From NCBI GenBank assembly GCA_964252075.1, contig CAXULY010000001.1:55539-119538 (forward strand): DNA of 64,000 nt, given 5' to 3'. Under the pieces are notes generated by a model, which searched no databases, had not been told where the DNA came from, and saw only the letters and a program-made list of their open reading frames with translations. The position numbers were made by a program, and so were the translations under genes. This document shows positions 31,801 through 39,945 of the stretch, piece after piece; the first letter of the stretch is position 1, and every line of letters starts with the position of its first letter. The stretch is from an uncultured Deinococcaceae bacterium (GTDB lineage Bacteria > Deinococcota > Deinococci > Deinococcales > Deinococcaceae).

Positions 31801-34800
31801 AACGTGAAGGGCAGGTGCGTGCCCGGCTGGGTGAGGACACCGCCCGCCCGCAGACCACCCTGCCAGGAGACGTCGGCATCCCCGGTGAGGGCCTCGCCCG
31901 CGTAGCGGGTGTCCGCCAGGGTTGCCCGGGCGGAGGTGGGCGCCACGCGCACCACCAGGCGGCCGGGCACCGTGACGGCGCGCACCTGAGCGGGCAGCAG
32001 GGCCCACAGCGGCGCGAGGTTCACGCTCAGGGTGCCGCCCAGCGCGGGCAGCAGCGTCAGCTGACCCGTCACGGGGCCGCTCGCGGTGGCCCGCAGGCGG
32101 GCGCCGTCTCCCGTGACGCGCACGCGCCCGGCGCCGCCCGCGAGGTAGCGGAGGTCCAGCGCGCCGGACCAGCCGCCCGCGTACGTGAGGCCGCCCGCGG
32201 TGACGCGCAGCGGCGTCAGGCTCGCGGAGAGCGGCACGCGCTGCGCGGGGAGGCCCAGCGCGATGCCGCTCACGTCGCGGCGCTGAGCGGCGAGGTCCAG
32301 CTGACCGCGCAGCGCCTGCCCACTGCCGCTCAGCGCGGCGTGCCCCCAGCTGCCCCGCGCCTGCACGCGCACGTTGCGCAGGGTGCTGGGGAGCGTGAGG
32401 TCCGCGGTGGCGTTGAGGTCCGTGCCGCTGAAGGCGCCGCTCGCCACGAGGTGCCCCTGCCGGGCGGTGAGGCGCAGCGCGCCCGCGCGCAGGTCGCCCG
32501 TCACGCGACCGCCCTGCGCGCTCAGCTGCCCCGTGAAGGTCTGCCCCGCCAGCGTGAGGCCCGCGAGGTCCACGTCGAAGGCCTGAAGGCTCGTGGCGTG
32601 CAGGCGCGCCGTGCCGCCCGCGCCGTCGGAGGCGGTGCCGTCCGCGCGGAACTGGTCCCGCTGGCCCGTGACGGTCGCGCGCACGTACACGCCCTGCGTG
32701 CGGGCTGTCACGCGGGCGGTGTACCGCAGGGTCGCGGCGTCCAGCCGGGCGGTTGCGCTCAGCTCGTCTGGTCCGGTGACGCGCAGCCGCAGCGCCCGCC
32801 ACGGTCCGCTGGCGTTCACGCGATACCCGCCCGCCGCGCCGCTCGCCTGCACCTGTCCGGTCCAGCCGGGGCCGTAGCTGGCGTTCAGCTGGAGCGTGCC
32901 GGGCTGCCCGTTCGCGGTGAGGGCCAGCTGGCCCTGCGCCAGCACCTGCCCGTCCGCGTAGCGCAGGTTCACCCCGCCCACCTGCCCGCGGACGGCCAGG
33001 GCGGGCGTCAGGCTGCCGCTCAGGGTCACCGCCTGCGCGGGCAGCTGCACGCCCGAGGCGCTCAGGGGGGGCGTCCGTCCTTTCGCGCTGAAACCCAGGC
33101 GGCCGTAGGGGCCGCGCACCTGTGCCTGCAGGGTCTGGTTCTGGTAGGTCACGGCGCCCGTCACGTTCACATCCGGGTACACCTGACCGTTCAGGCGCGC
33201 GCTCGCCCCCGCGCCCCGGGCGGTGAGCGTGGCGCTCAGGGCGCGCCCGTCTCCCGGCTGGAACGCCAGGCGACCGCCGAGGTCCGCGACGCCCGTGAGG
33301 TCGCGCAGCACCGCGAGGTCCAGCGCGCCGCTGGCCGTCACGGCCTGCCCGCGCACGCTCGCGCGGGCCACTTCACTCCCCGTCCGCAGGCGGACGTTCA
33401 CGCCGTCCCGCACGTCCACGCTGGCCTGCACGGCGCCCCCTGCGGCGCTGAGCGTCGTCGGGAAGCCCGCGGTGAGCTGCGTGCGGCCCGTGACGGCCTG
33501 CCCACGCACCCACCCATCCAGCGCGACCGAGCGGCCCTCACCCCGCAGGGTGAGGGTGCCGGGCGCGCCGCTGGCCGTGAGGCGACCGCCCACGCGGGGT
33601 CCGGCGGCCACCGTCAGGGCGCCGTTCAGCGTCAGGCCCGCGACGTGAAAGGCGTTCAGGCGGGCGCTCACCTCGCTGCCCGTGACGCCCAGCACCGCGC
33701 GGTCTGTGGTCCAGCGGCCGCTGTGGGCCTTCCAGTCGTAGGTCAGGGGACCGCTCAGGCGGTCCGCGCCGGCGGGCAGCGCGGCGGCGAGGTCGCCGGA
33801 CAGCTGATTGCGCGGCACGTCCACCCGTCCCGCGCCGTTCAACGTGACGCCGTACGCGTTGAGGTCCCGCAGGCGCCACGTGCCCTGGTAGCGGCGGTCG
33901 AGGTCCACCTGCACCGCGCCGAGGTCCAGACGCGCGCCCCGCGCGTCCACGCGGCCGCTGCCCGACAGGTCCAGGGGCCCGGCCTGAAGGCGCGCCACCT
34001 GGAGGCGCAGGTCGGTCGGCTGTCCGCTCGCGCGGACGTCCGCGCGCACGCCGTTCATCACGGGCGCGAGGCGCGCCGCGAGGTCCCGCGTGCCAAAGTC
34101 GTAGCGCGCCGTGAGGGGGCCGCCAAGGGCGCGACCCGTGAGGGACACGCGGTTGCCGTTCAGCTGCGCGCCCAGGTCGAGGGGAGCGTTCAGCAGGGTG
34201 CCCGCGAGGCTGCCCGTGCCGCGCACGCCCACCTCCCAGTCCAGCTTCAGCTGCTGCTGCCCGCCGAGCGCGCCCAGCAGGCCGCTGAGCTCCACGCGGT
34301 TGCTCTTCTGCTGCTGGTACACGTACCGCACGTCGAGGTTCCGGACGGGCACGCCCGCCACCTCACCCGCGCCCGTCGCGGCCACGCGGGCGTCCACGCG
34401 CGTCCAGCCGCCCGCGTTCGCCGTCACGCGCGCCCGCCCGGATCCCGTCGTGCCGAGCGCGGAGGCGAGGCCGCCCAGCGTGGGTTCCGCGAGGGCGCTC
34501 ACCGTCCACCGCTTCGCGCTGAGGTCCACCCGCCCCTGCGCGGACACCGGTCCCCCCAGGCCCACGCCGTTCAGCTCCGCCGTGAAGATGTTCCCGCGCT
34601 GCGTCAGGACGCCCGTCACGTCCTGCACGCGCGCGAACCGCGCGTTCGGGACCTCGATCACGCCCCCCGATAGTTTCAGGTCGCCCTGGATGGCGCGCCC
34701 GAAGGTGTAGCGGCCCGTGAACACCCCGCCCTTCACCGCATGCTTCCAGAAATAGTTGATGAGCCGAGCGTCCGCACGGATGTCCGCCGTGCCCGCCACC

Positions 34801-35318
34801 GGGTCGCTGCCCGGCTGCAGGCGCACGTCCGCGCGCAGGCCGCCCTCGCTGGTGGTGCCCAGCACCTGCGCGGCGTCCCCACTGCCCGTCACGCGCAGTT
34901 CCGCCTTCGGGAGGGCCAGCGCCCGCCCGTTGATGTTCGCACGGACGTTCTCGATGTCGAGGCGCCCCGGCAGCACCCGCCAGCCGCCGCCCGACGACTT
35001 CCCGCCCAGCAGCTTCCCGAGGTCCGCGTCCAGCACCGCGTCCCGCAGCGCCACATTCAGGCGCACGGTGCGCGCGCGCAGGTCCAGGCCCGCCACGCTC
35101 ACCTGCGCCTGACCGGCGTGCGCGCCGAGGCCCGGCAGCGCCAGCCGTGCGCCCGAGAGGCGCGGCGCCCACAGCGGCCCGGACACGCCGGACGCGGTGA
35201 GGTGAAGGTCAGCGGGGAGCAGCGCGAGGGCTGCCCGGCCCCACAGGGGCAAACCGAAGAGCGCGAGGCCCACCAGCAGCACGAGAATGGCCACGAGCAG
35301 CCAGCGGAGACGGGGCAT
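25866..35318 (-). CDS. tamB: Giant TamB (DUF490/AsmA-like) translocation and assembly module protein
   Basis: About 3150 aa, N-terminal TM anchor, continuous amphipathic beta-strand repeats, C-terminal DUF490-like region (VGSYLT.ELF.EY...) ending in F. Confidence 0.85.
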   Translation of the reverse strand: MPRLRWLLVAILVLLVGLALFGLPLWGRAALALLPADLHLTASGVSGPLWAPRLSGARLALPGLGAHAGQAQVSVAGLDLRARTVRLNVALRDAVLDADLGKLLGGKSSGGGWRVLPGRLDIENVRANINGRALALPKAELRVTGSGDAAQVLGTTSEGGLRADVRLQPGSDPVAGTADIRADARLINYFWKHAVKGGVFTGRYTFGRAIQGDLKLSGGVIEVPNARFARVQDVTGVLTQRGNIFTAELNGVGLGGPVSAQGRVDLSAKRWTVSALAEPTLGGLASALGTTGSGRARVTANAGGWTRVDARVAATGAGEVAGVPVRNLDVRYVYQQQKSNRVELSGLLGALGGQQQLKLDWEVGVRGTGSLAGTLLNAPLDLGAQLNGNRVSLTGRALGGPLTARYDFGTRDLAARLAPVMNGVRADVRASGQPTDLRLQVARLQAGPLDLSGSGRVDARGARLDLGAVQVDLDRRYQGTWRLRDLNAYGVTLNGAGRVDVPRNQLSGDLAAALPAGADRLSGPLTYDWKAHSGRWTTDRAVLGVTGSEVSARLNAFHVAGLTLNGALTVAAGPRVGGRLTASGAPGTLTLRGEGRSVALDGWVRGQAVTGRTQLTAGFPTTLSAAGGAVQASVDVRDGVNVRLRTGSEVARASVRGQAVTASGALDLAVLRDLTGVADLGGRLAFQPGDGRALSATLTARGAGASARLNGQVYPDVNVTGAVTYQNQTLQAQVRGPYGRLGFSAKGRTPPLSASGVQLPAQAVTLSGSLTPALAVRGQVGGVNLRYADGQVLAQGQLALTANGQPGTLQLNASYGPGWTGQVQASGAAGGYRVNASGPWRALRLRVTGPDELSATARLDAATLRYTARVTARTQGVYVRATVTGQRDQFRADGTASDGAGGTARLHATSLQAFDVDLAGLTLAGQTFTGQLSAQGGRVTGDLRAGALRLTARQGHLVASGAFSGTDLNATADLTLPSTLRNVRVQARGSWGHAALSGSGQALRGQLDLAAQRRDVSGIALGLPAQRVPLSASLTPLRVTAGGLTYAGGWSGALDLRYLAGGAGRVRVTGDGARLRATASGPVTGQLTLLPALGGTLSVNLAPLWALLPAQVRAVTVPGRLVVRVAPTSARATLADTRYAGEALTGDADVSWQGGLRAGGVLTQPGTHLPFTFTAQRLRVADARVDGRALRPFLAGATGSVRGRLDLPGLDLQRGQGTFDVDLSAGAQAARGRVTLARGALSATLDSTLGGTRVSVQGPLYPTANAALRVDGVQGHLEGRVREGLTLTAAGAYQGHSVNLSARYAPQRLSLDASVSGARLLGQAQQGADGWVGSLSVNAPDLRALTGTAGQLSGSVSGSLNHAAGRFGGAVAGVTVSVPVRWDGRILRVQDAAARNAFARLSASGAVYPALNVSARATLSDYLPGTYALTVRGDAAAPEVEARGTLANAATGLQVGGSEVRAHLAGRNYTVQAKGTALDGEARGQLGSGAPAGLLNATFTLRAPYRLSATEAVNLMGTAGWNARTGWLGDLTARGRAGGQDLNLNLTGHGALDVRGRVGPGTLTSSLGRRFLSAPDARLRVSDVDLGALWGRAGQLGARGDVTLGGSWKALSAELSGALTDQGGDLSGDLSGRYAGGAATVRLAGAHLSANGSFAAGRLQAQLSASGARLARLTPPAWNLTTLDLTGQASVDTRGPGGLTVQARGLDVRGEQAQTGRFSAQGNLEYSPGAVGGSLRVAALGGTLVASGALPQGVQVTATRLDLTRFGLGELNGTITGQGDLLNPVLAGRLTTARREAQLTLDLGGRARQPNARVTADLRAPYAGRVYADARRLTFSPLGADLELYGTATQGGNRVQLDLRGRWPKLAGQVNAQLGALNDPVRLTGDGRGTYLVTAGAVGSGRITLSGEDLIPQLQANLNVTPLGLLGASGRGALTVAAAGPLNALTVNLGGQLSGVERSGVRLGDLTFSGGGALTDLRADVRQGNRPVLTYQAGTATVTDLQAQLAGSTVSVTGRAGADGVTARMSATGSVEGNVQATYRDGALAANGDVGVSGATATFAVREDKTLGWAGSGRVSGLPQQVVTRDLNFSVSGPQARPQLTGDLGLLGAEARLVASAAGSTLTLSNGEGAQASGRLQLVGAALGGQVTLTRSEGRVRLALSGTTSAPQARVDGLLGGWTASGALGLKSGQLALGDGERSGTLQYADGALQVDLPGLDLARLKLVQVAGRVTATGRVALDGQSGQVQLGIAGLTTGGTLPLVNLPVRGDLTARVTGVAGTWSAQVQATHPNGTLGASLGYRAGRSVTGRVDAQLAQGGGDLRANLQLTGGGVQGRVNVTDFPLTSMGLTERLTALVELTGQDFTVTASAAGDAGRLRASGGGAIADVYAPLGRALGLQGGSGYQVDAQLSGLDLQALKLAPYLNGTATGSATVTDGGASFVLRAADLRADGVPLPTRVEGTLAGDQWRIRGNVGDSQLFGSVQGGALSGRLTLTALPVSNLVGAITGPLPGSALLTGVARFDVPLADPLSGSADLVLERLTVRGSGQTLSGQGVLAYRNRELSSLNVQLSGAGTWDIQGQYTRRKVDVRAALSGTDFTPLLALVPSIRDQQPTLRGDLTLTVGGTYDAPQASLNAPNFRGSLGDYRLDNLALSGTLGGGRFSAQGRLGLSGAAASQSTLSLSGELGGGRLSNTVAQLRGNLALRQVGSIGSLFAQVSQQADRWALDATATQGGTLRVEGNLTPALDLRIAARAYAPQLPVIYGRETSFTGDLTLGARGSDFVLGGALRADRLVLGSVAAPAGTTPAKASATDQPKDASAGFVSPLPPELTTFPTKNGKPPENPLLSRIVLDNIPITLPNGARIDEDLIRADLAGGLTLAGRASDLRLTGSVQTTRGTVFLRENEFTVRSGVATFDGQSAFPTFSVQASGNVPDQGNQGAPVGVNVNITGSFPFADDGTRALKLDTRFACTANCQANGHDYSAANPNAEAQLYALVALGTPDIGSLPGNIGGLGTSALRTALNVFVLGQVERGLAQAFGVDVFRIRTNLLDATLNGTGDITAQFTVGSYLTRELFFEYSIDLTGQGLLDATYTTPDNRFTFRVSTPLSGLNLSTLRPSFTFGFNVTPSSSITLGVENGATSNAFRVGYDLKF

Positions 35319-35383
35319 CACGAGTATTTTAAGGGGAAAGCGGTGAGGAACTCGACAGGGGCGCCGTGCGCTAGCTTGAAGCC

Positions 35384-35647
35384 ATGCGTCTCACCGCTCT
35401 CGTTCATGGACTCGTGCAGGGCGTCGGTTACCGCCGGTACGTGCAGTCCCGCGCGCGCGACCTCGGACTCGCGGGGTACGCGGAGAACCTCTCCGACGGC
35501 CGCGTGGAGGTCATCGCGGAGGGGGACGAACCGGACCTGCGTCACCTCCTGCACTGGCTGCGCCGCGGCCCGCCGCACGCCGAAGTGAAGGGCGTCGAGG
35601 AGCAGTGGAGTGAGGGCTCGGGCCTCACGGACTTCCACGTGTACTGA
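35384..35647 (+). CDS. acyP: Acylphosphatase
   Basis: V.G.VQGVGYR...GYAENL.DGRVEV.AEG...GP. Confidence 0.95.
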   Translation: MRLTALVHGLVQGVGYRRYVQSRARDLGLAGYAENLSDGRVEVIAEGDEPDLRHLLHWLRRGPPHAEVKGVEEQWSEGSGLTDFHVY

Positions 35648-35719
35648 ATTCAGAAGGGGTGTGGGCGCGCTCAAGGCTTCGTGACATCCGCCTGACGCGC
35701 TGTGCGCTACACTTCGGGC

Positions 35720-35856
35720 AAGTTGAACGGACCGGCGTTGACGAGGACTCAGGAGCAGCGGGCCAGCGTGCCCGCCAGCCCAGGAGCCCCCGCCGCGCCG
35801 CGCCTCCCCGAAACGCGCAGACAGCAGGCCGCCACGTTGGCGGCCTGCTGTGTTTT
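35720..35856 (+). ncRNA. Candidate small RNA or attenuating 5' leader
   Basis: TACACT -10 box at 35708-35713 and an intrinsic terminator about 135 nt later; no convincing ORF; family not recognised. Confidence 0.4.
35821..35856 (+). terminator. Intrinsic terminator upstream of the HTH gene
   Basis: ACAGCAGGCCGCCA-cgt-TGGCGGCCTGCTGT followed by GTTTT. Confidence 0.8.
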
Positions 35857-35904
35857 GGGAGGTCCGCTCGGCCCACACCGCCCCATTCACACCCGGAGGG
35901 ACGA

Positions 35905-36108
35905 ATGACGCTACGCGAGCAGTTCAAGACGCTCCCCAAACTCCTCAAGGTCACCGAGGTCTGCGAATTCACCGGCACGCACGAACGCACCGTGCGCCGC
36001 TGGATCCGCGATGGCCGCCTCGACGCCGTCGAGAGCCCCATGGGCCTGCGCGTCCCGCGCCGCAGCCTGTGGCGCTTCCTGGGTCTGCACCTCGCACTGA
36101 GCGCCTGA
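35905..36108 (+). CDS. Excisionase/HTH_17-like small DNA-binding protein
   Basis: LLKVTEV.E..G.HERTVRRWIRDGRL.A; GGAGG RBS. Confidence 0.88.
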   Translation: MTLREQFKTLPKLLKVTEVCEFTGTHERTVRRWIRDGRLDAVESPMGLRVPRRSLWRFLGLHLALSA

Positions 36109-36134
36109 ACCGCCCCGCGTTACACTGGGCCCGC

Positions 36135-36767
36135 ATGCGGCCCGAGCCCCGTCCCTCCCTCACCGAAGCGCACGCGGCCCTGGCGGCGGGCCACCCCACG
36201 CTCGCCGCCCAGGGCTACCGGCAGTGCCTGCCCCTGTGGCCGGACGAGGCCCGCCTGGGCCTCGCGGCCGCGCTGCTGCGCCTGGGGCGCACCGCGGAGG
36301 CCCGCGAGGTGCTTGCGGGCGCCCCGCCTGACACCCGCCGCGCGGTGCTCGACGCCCGCGCGGACTGGCTGGACGCCCGCCCCACCGCGCTGCCCGGCGC
36401 CCTGGACGCCCGGCGCCTGGCGCGGCAGGAGGGCGACGGCCCCGCCCTGGTGGCCGCCGTGACGCTCCTCGGCGAGTTGCAGCTGAGCGCCGGGGACGCG
36501 CGCACGGCCCTGCGGACCCTCGCGGAGGGCCTGAAGGTCACGGAGCTCATGCACGCGCCCGCCGACGCGCACCTCCTGGCGGTGCTGGCGCGCGTGCAGG
36601 CGGTCGTGGGCAGCGCCGCGAAGGCCCGCCGCACGGCCGAGAAGGCGCTGGAGCGCAGCCAGCCTGGGTCCCCTGCGCGGGTTGCGGCGCTCCTCGCGCT
36701 CGACCGGCCGGATGAGGCGCGCGCGGAGGCCGAACACGGCGAACTGCACACCAGTCACCTCCGCTGA
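36135..36767 (+). CDS. Hypothetical helical-repeat (TPR-like) protein
   Basis: Ala/Leu-rich helical repeats; TACACT upstream of ATG. Confidence 0.7.
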   Translation: MRPEPRPSLTEAHAALAAGHPTLAAQGYRQCLPLWPDEARLGLAAALLRLGRTAEAREVLAGAPPDTRRAVLDARADWLDARPTALPGALDARRLARQEGDGPALVAAVTLLGELQLSAGDARTALRTLAEGLKVTELMHAPADAHLLAVLARVQAVVGSAAKARRTAEKALERSQPGSPARVAALLALDRPDEARAEAEHGELHTSHLR

Positions 36768-36831
36768 GCGCCCCGCGCTGCGTTGAGGGGCGTTGAGCGC
36801 CCGAGCGCCCGGTGTCGTCCCCAGGCGGGCG

Positions 36832-38058
36832 TCACGCCGGAGCGACCTCCAGCTGCCGCAAGCCGCGGATCACGAAGCCCCCACCGAAGTCCGAATCATG
36901 CCCCGCGAGGCGCAGGTCCGGCAGGCGGCGCGCCAGCGCGCCCAGCGCGATCTCCAGTTCCATTCGGGCGAGCGGCGCGCCGAGGCAGTAATGAATGCCC
37001 AGCCCAAAGGTGAGGTGCGCGTTCGGGCTGCGGTCCAGCCGCAGGTCGTCCGGCGCGTCGAACTTCGCGGCGTCGCGATTGCCGCTCGCGTACAGCAGCG
37101 CCACCTCCTGCCCCTGCCGGAGCGTGTGGCCCGCCACCTCCACGTCCTCCAGCACCCAGCGCTCGAACATCGGGAGGGGCGTGTCGAAGCGCAGCAGTTC
37201 CTCCACCGCCGCGCGCCGTCCGATCTCGGGGAGCGACTGCACCTCGGGCCAGCGGCCCTGGAGCAGCACCTGCCGCACGCCCAGCCCCAGGCCGTTCACG
37301 CTCGCCTCGTGCCCGGCGTTCAGCAGCAGGATGCACGACCCGATGAGTTCCGCCTCACTCAGGCGGTCCCCGGCCTCCTCGGCCTGCGCGAGCGCCGAGA
37401 TCAGGTCGTCCTGCGGCGCGCGGCGCCGCACCGCGAGCAGTTCGCGCAGCAGCGCGCTGAACTCGATCACGGCGTCGTTCCCGGCGCGCTGCTGCTCCGG
37501 CGTGTACCCCAGCTCGTACAGTTTCACGATGGCCGCCGACCAGGGGCGCAGCTGCGCGCGGTGCTCCTCGGGCACGCCCAGCAGTTCCGCGATGACCGTG
37601 ACGGGCAGCGGCGCCGCGTACTCCTCGATCAGATCGAAGCTGGGCCGCTGCGCGAGCGCGTCCAGCTGGCGCGCCACGATGTCCTCCACCCGCGAGCGCA
37701 GCGCCTCCACGCGCCGCGGCGTGAAGGCCTGCGCGACCAGCGACCGCAGCCTCGTGTGCTGCGGCGGCTCGGCGTCCAGCATGTGACCGTCCTGGAAGGT
37801 GTCGAACTCCCGCTGCCGGGGGTCGCGCGGCGGCCACCCCAGCTCGTCGCGCGACAGGCGGTGCGTGATGGACCGCCCGAAGTGCCGCGAGTCGCGCAGC
37901 ACCGCGCTGATGTCCGCGTAGCGCGCCATGAAGACCTTCTGCCACACCGGGTCGTAGAAGACGGGGAGTTCCGCACGCAGGCGCTCCAGGGTGGGGTACG
38001 GATCGCGGATGAAGGCCGGGTCGTTCAGGTCGAGGTGGTGTTCGGGCAGGCTGGACAC
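36832..38058 (-). CDS. Cytochrome P450
   Basis: AGHE I-helix, EELLR (ExxR), FGLGIHYCLG heme-binding motif. Confidence 0.96.
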   Translation of the reverse strand: MSSLPEHHLDLNDPAFIRDPYPTLERLRAELPVFYDPVWQKVFMARYADISAVLRDSRHFGRSITHRLSRDELGWPPRDPRQREFDTFQDGHMLDAEPPQHTRLRSLVAQAFTPRRVEALRSRVEDIVARQLDALAQRPSFDLIEEYAAPLPVTVIAELLGVPEEHRAQLRPWSAAIVKLYELGYTPEQQRAGNDAVIEFSALLRELLAVRRRAPQDDLISALAQAEEAGDRLSEAELIGSCILLLNAGHEASVNGLGLGVRQVLLQGRWPEVQSLPEIGRRAAVEELLRFDTPLPMFERWVLEDVEVAGHTLRQGQEVALLYASGNRDAAKFDAPDDLRLDRSPNAHLTFGLGIHYCLGAPLARMELEIALGALARRLPDLRLAGHDSDFGGGFVIRGLRQLEVAPA

Positions 38059-38080
38059 CCGTCCAGTGTAAGGGCCGCCC

Positions 38081-38830
38081 TCAGGGCGTCGCCACGCGGT
38101 CCTGCGCGCGCGCCGCCTCCAGCCGCGCGGACACGCCGTACACGGCGCGCGCGGGCACGCTCACGGTCTGCAGTTCCGGGTAGCGCAGGGCCATGAGCGC
38201 CCCGCCGAACACGCAGCCGGTGTCGAGGTTCACGGTGCGTCCCCCGGCGGCGTTCGGCGCGGTCCAGCGCGGGCGCAGCACCGGCGTGTGCCCGAACACC
38301 ACGAGCGCGCGCCCCGCGTACGTGCCCATCCAGTCCTCGCGCCGCGCGATGCCGAACTCGTCCACCTCGTCGAGGTCCCGCCCGTGCACGTGGTAGCGGG
38401 CGCGCTCGGCGGGCGGCAGATCCAGGCGCTCCCCGGCGTGCACCACCGTGAGCCGCCCGTCATCCAGCGTGACGGCGTCCGGCAGCGCCTCCAGGAAGCG
38501 CTCGACGTCCGAGACGAACGCCGGGGGCTGCCCCTGCAGCTGAGCGAGGGACACGCGCAGGCCCGGCGAGGACTTCACGGCCTCGCCGCGCAGGCAGGCC
38601 GCGAGGCGCCAGTCGTGGTTCCCCTGCACGCACAGCGCGCCGTGCTCCCGCACCGCGCGCATCACCAGGCGCAGCACCCCCGGGGAGTCCGGGCCGCGGT
38701 CCACGAGGTCGCCCAGCAGCACCAGCCGCCGCCCCAGCGGGTGGTGCCCGCGGCGGTCGTACCCGAGCGTGCGCATCAGCGCGTGCAGTTCACGCAGGCA
38801 GCCGTGGACGTCGCCAATCAGGTCGAACAC
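38081..38830 (-). CDS. Metallophosphoesterase (PrpE/ApaH-like)
   Basis: GDVHG, GDLVDRG, GNHD, FGHTP, DTGCVFGG. Confidence 0.92.
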   Translation of the reverse strand: MFDLIGDVHGCLRELHALMRTLGYDRRGHHPLGRRLVLLGDLVDRGPDSPGVLRLVMRAVREHGALCVQGNHDWRLAACLRGEAVKSSPGLRVSLAQLQGQPPAFVSDVERFLEALPDAVTLDDGRLTVVHAGERLDLPPAERARYHVHGRDLDEVDEFGIARREDWMGTYAGRALVVFGHTPVLRPRWTAPNAAGGRTVNLDTGCVFGGALMALRYPELQTVSVPARAVYGVSARLEAARAQDRVATP

Positions 38831-39844
38831 TCAGGCCTCGCGAATGGCGAGCTGGCGCGTCACCGCCAGGATGCTCGCGGCCGCGTCCCGCCCCGGCAGG
38901 TCCTGCAAGGCCGCCTCCAGCAGCGCGAGCCCCGCGCCCGCCTCCTGCGCCGCCACCGCCTGCGCGCCGTCCAGCACGCCGGACGCCAGCATCCACACCA
39001 TGACCTCGCGGATCGCCTGCGGGTCCTTCGCGGTGCGGGGCAGCGCCATCTGCTGCAGGAACACCTCGCGCTGCGCGAGCGGCGCGCCAGCCAGCCAGCG
39101 CAGGTTGATCAGGGTGCGTTTGCCCTCCAGCAGGTCCCCGCCGATCTCCTTGCCGTAGGCGTGCGCGTCCGCGACGAGGTTCAGCACGTCGTCACGAATC
39201 TGGAAGGCGGCGCCCAGGTGCAGGCCCGCCGCCGTGAAGCGCGCATCCGGCGCGCGGCCCGCGACGAGCGCGCCGAGCCGCAACGGCACCACGACCGTGT
39301 AGTACGACGTCTTGAGGCGCACCATCTGCAGGTAATCGTCCTCCGTGAGGTCCCAGCGCCCCGCGTCCACCCACGCGAGGTCCAGGTGCTGGCCCTCCGC
39401 GGTGCGGTTCACCATGCCCAGCAGTTCCTCCGGGGCGCCCGGCACGCCCGCCCGCAGCGCCGCCGCCCACATGTACGCGTGCAGCGCGTCCCCGGCGTTC
39501 AGCGCGAGCGGCACCCCGTGAATGCGGTGCAGGGCCGGCCGACCGCGCCGCTCCTCGGAGTCGTCCGCGATGTCGTCGTGAATCAGCACCCAGTTCTGGA
39601 AGAGTTCGATGCTGGCCGCCAGCCACAGCGCCGCCTCCCACGCCGCCCCGCCCGCCTGCACGCCGTGCGCCAGGGCGCTCTGCAGCATGAGTTCACTGCG
39701 GATGCCCTTGCCGCCCCGCTCCGGGTAATCGCGCAGCATGCGGTAGAAGTCGTTCAGTTCAGGCCGGTCGGCGTCGCCGGGCAGCAGGTCATGCATGCGC
39801 CGCGCGATCTCGGGCCTCAGGTGCGGGGACACGTTGGACGGCAC
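38831..39844 (-). CDS. Polyprenyl diphosphate synthase (GGPP synthase-like)
   Basis: GGKGIR, HDDIADDS..RRG, GQHLD, KT, FQIRDD; GTG start 6 bp after TACACT. Confidence 0.92.
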   Translation of the reverse strand: MPSNVSPHLRPEIARRMHDLLPGDADRPELNDFYRMLRDYPERGGKGIRSELMLQSALAHGVQAGGAAWEAALWLAASIELFQNWVLIHDDIADDSEERRGRPALHRIHGVPLALNAGDALHAYMWAAALRAGVPGAPEELLGMVNRTAEGQHLDLAWVDAGRWDLTEDDYLQMVRLKTSYYTVVVPLRLGALVAGRAPDARFTAAGLHLGAAFQIRDDVLNLVADAHAYGKEIGGDLLEGKRTLINLRWLAGAPLAQREVFLQQMALPRTAKDPQAIREVMVWMLASGVLDGAQAVAAQEAGAGLALLEAALQDLPGRDAAASILAVTRQLAIREA

Positions 39845-39945
39845 CCGCGCAGTGTAGAGCGCCGCGCGACCCGGGCGGCGGGACGCACGCCACATCGTTC
39901 AAACGGTGGATGTGCGGACGCGCGGCGCGCACTACACTGGCCAGC

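Noticed and set aside
28455..34673. 2072-aa plus-strand ORF and other long antisense ORFs (e.g. 286-2325, 2822-5053, 22459-25674, 39817-42516, 53236-55782)
   Set aside because: Shadow ORFs opposite well-supported genes, expected in high-GC DNA; Arg/Ala/His-rich with no motifs.
35720..35856. T-box, SRP RNA or tRNA identity for the candidate RNA
   Set aside because: The 5' GGCGTTGACGAGGA is reminiscent of T-box stem I, but no T-box antiterminator sequence, SRP loop motif or cloverleaf was found.
35905..36108. Excisionase marking a mobile element
   Set aside because: No integrase, att-like repeats or compositional shift; flanked by ordinary chromosomal genes.
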